Assembly (NCBI GenBank): GCA_963666345.1
Contig: OY762721.1
Coordinates: 2,048,001-2,112,000, forward strand
Direction: 5' to 3'
Source of the DNA: Desulfatiglandales bacterium
GTDB taxonomy: Bacteria > Desulfobacterota > DSM-4660 > Desulfatiglandales > Desulfatiglandaceae
DNA length: 64,000 nt
Position 1 is the first letter of the stretch, and the number at the start of each line of letters is the position of its first letter. The position numbers and the translations under genes are program-made. Shown here in pieces: positions 62,346 through 64,000 of this stretch. Below the pieces are notes generated by a model, which saw only the letters and a list, made by a program, of their open reading frames with translations, had not been told where the DNA came from and did no database searches.

Positions 62346-62984
62346 CTAAAGGCTCAGATTCCTGCAGATCACCCTGGTATTAAGGGTCCTTGTAAAATTT
62401 TTGCCGTGCCCGTCAACCCCCTGGCATGTCATTGAAATGGCAACGGCCCTTACATCTTCAAGATCGGAGGCGGAAACCGGTACCGTAAGGTTGTTCCCAT
62501 CCTTATCAAGATAGCTGAAGGCAAGAGCGCTTACGTTCGTTATGACGGTCTGGGTGCTCTCGCTTCCCGTCCCCTCGTAAAGACACTGCTCGAGCCTCCT
62601 GTTTCCCGCATCATATTCATAGGTTATCCTTTCACTGTCCGATTCCTCTATTGTCCCGTCCAGATCCATATCCGCTGTAAAGCGTATCTTTGCGGAGGTG
62701 GCCTCCTTTATGCCGGCACCATGGCCGTCCACGGAATCATTTGCAGGTCCTATCGGATCAAGGCCTGCCATTCTCATGTTCCTTACCATGAATGCGAGCC
62801 CCAGTCTGACCCCCTGCTGGGCCTCCGCAACGCTGTCCTGAGTATGATACGATCTGTTTGAAGAGATAAAGATCCCGTAAATAGCTCCCAGTACCACGCC
62901 TACTACGGCCATTGCGACAAGAAGCTCGACAAGCGTAAAACCTTTCCGGTCAAATGGGTGTGAAAGGCGTGATTTGCGTGACAT
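62346..62984 (-). CDS. pilW: Minor pilin PilW
   Basis: KG/FTLVELLVAM; RMAG motif. Confidence 0.8.
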   Translation of the reverse strand: MSRKSRLSHPFDRKGFTLVELLVAMAVVGVVLGAIYGIFISSNRSYHTQDSVAEAQQGVRLGLAFMVRNMRMAGLDPIGPANDSVDGHGAGIKEATSAKIRFTADMDLDGTIEESDSERITYEYDAGNRRLEQCLYEGTGSESTQTVITNVSALAFSYLDKDGNNLTVPVSASDLEDVRAVAISMTCQGVDGHGKNFTRTLNTRVICRNLSL

Positions 62985-63409
62985 CAGTTTCCCCCTCCCC
63001 GGGTAATGGTATCTATGACCACCCGCCTGTTATAACCGGCCTCACTCCAGGCTACGGTTACCGTTATTAGACGTGAAAAACCGGAGTGGTTCGCGACAAC
63101 CCAGGTACGGTTGAACGCTCCGCCCCCTGCGCCTGTCTCATCTACCGGGTTATTGGGGTCGCTGTAATTTCCCGGGGTAAGGGCCGCGGAGCTAAGGCCT
63201 GAATTCTTGAGGGTCTCAATCTGGGCCTCAGCAAGAAAAGTGGCGGCGGTCAGACGATTTCCGGATCGATTTCCACCGATGGCGCTCAGCTGCATCGTGG
63301 CGACAGCCAGAAGACCTATGGCGAAGATGGAAATGGCAATCAGGACCTCCAGAAGGGTGAAGCCATTTTGACCGGATATGAGTTTTTTTGGCATGCTTGG
63401 ATTCTCCAT
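62984..63409 (-). CDS. pilV: Minor pilin PilV
   Basis: NG/FTLLEVLIA..IFAIGLLA..MQ. Confidence 0.82.
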   Translation of the reverse strand: MENPSMPKKLISGQNGFTLLEVLIAISIFAIGLLAVATMQLSAIGGNRSGNRLTAATFLAEAQIETLKNSGLSSAALTPGNYSDPNNPVDETGAGGGAFNRTWVVANHSGFSRLITVTVAWSEAGYNRRVVIDTITRGGGN

Positions 63410-63420
63410 CGACTCTTGGA

Positions 63421-63954
63421 TCAATCAACATCGGTCCATGAGCCGCCGTTTGAACTTTCCTGTATCCGTACGTGACCCACCAGAGAGAGGCTGATTCCCC
63501 TGTAGTTGTTCTTGGTGTTCTTCATATATATGTGGCCGCCCAGTCCGTTAGGCAGCCCTCGTCCGTCAAAGCGGCACCTGGGAACCCCACCTGAAAAACC
63601 TGCATCATACATGTTTACCCCTTCAGGCATCTGCACACTCCTTATGAGTTGCTCGGTTCCGTCCTGAACCCAGTTATCGGCAGTCCCGCCTCCGCTCCCG
63701 TTATCAACGAACATGGAATATCTGTTGCCCCCGGTATTGCAGACAAACGCGACACTGGTGTTTTCACGGATCGCCCTCAGCTTGGCAAGCTCCATATCGG
63801 ATTTTATATCACGAACAGCAGCCTTAAGACGCATGTCGGGAACCATGCGCGAATAGGTGGGGATTCCTACCGCCATAAGCAGGGAAATGATTGCCAACAC
63901 CACTATAAGCTCAAAAATCGTGAAGCCTGACCGCCCTGTCTCAACAACTCCCAT
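63421..63954 (-). CDS. fimT: FimT/FimU (GspH-like) minor pilin
   Basis: SG/FTIFELIVV; LAK.RAI; FDGRG.P. Confidence 0.78.
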   Translation of the reverse strand: MGVVETGRSGFTIFELIVVLAIISLLMAVGIPTYSRMVPDMRLKAAVRDIKSDMELAKLRAIRENTSVAFVCNTGGNRYSMFVDNGSGGGTADNWVQDGTEQLIRSVQMPEGVNMYDAGFSGGVPRCRFDGRGLPNGLGGHIYMKNTKNNYRGISLSLVGHVRIQESSNGGSWTDVD

Positions 63955-64000
63955 ATCCGATAACCCTCCCGGCTTGTTTAGCCTGCCCGATTGAGGAGGC

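Overview
A 64-kb chromosomal window from what looks like a Desulfobacterota (deltaproteobacterial) genome, judged from gene content and the tmRNA tag ADDYAYSLAA. 1-12.5 kb: a surface-glycosylation island (methyltransferase-GT2 fusion, methyltransferase, three TMTC-like membrane glycosyltransferase/TPR proteins, GT2, two GT4, flippase-like protein). It converges on a type IV pilus locus at 12.5-25.7 kb (two tandem pilins plus an unannotated 5'-truncated third pilin, a sigma54 promoter, a membrane-anchored sigma54 activator, pilC, pilB, an ExeA-like ATPase, frameshifted pilQ, pilP/O-like genes and a pilM-N fusion). 25.9-41 kb: B12 radical SAM, hicB with a truncated hicA, a B3/4 protein, a cimA-leuA-ilvB-ilvN-ilvC operon preceded by an Ile/Leu/Val leader peptide and attenuator, nitrilase, formyltransferase, and acuB-DUF2080-GNAT. 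41-58 kb: housekeeping genes (ssrA, smpB, ptsI/H, rsmI, yraN, rnhB, rplS-trmD-rimM-khpA-rpsP-ffh, ligA, acyP, recN) and a second pilB. 58-64 kb: a minor-pilin operon (fimT-pilV-pilW-pilX-pilY1). Two families of dispersed repeats were found by eye: four-helix-bundle gene cassettes bounded by inverted 8-bp repeat arrays (full, deleted and empty copies, two of them flanking pilB), and a REP/MITE-like hairpin family. All calls rest on motif recognition only; no searches were run.
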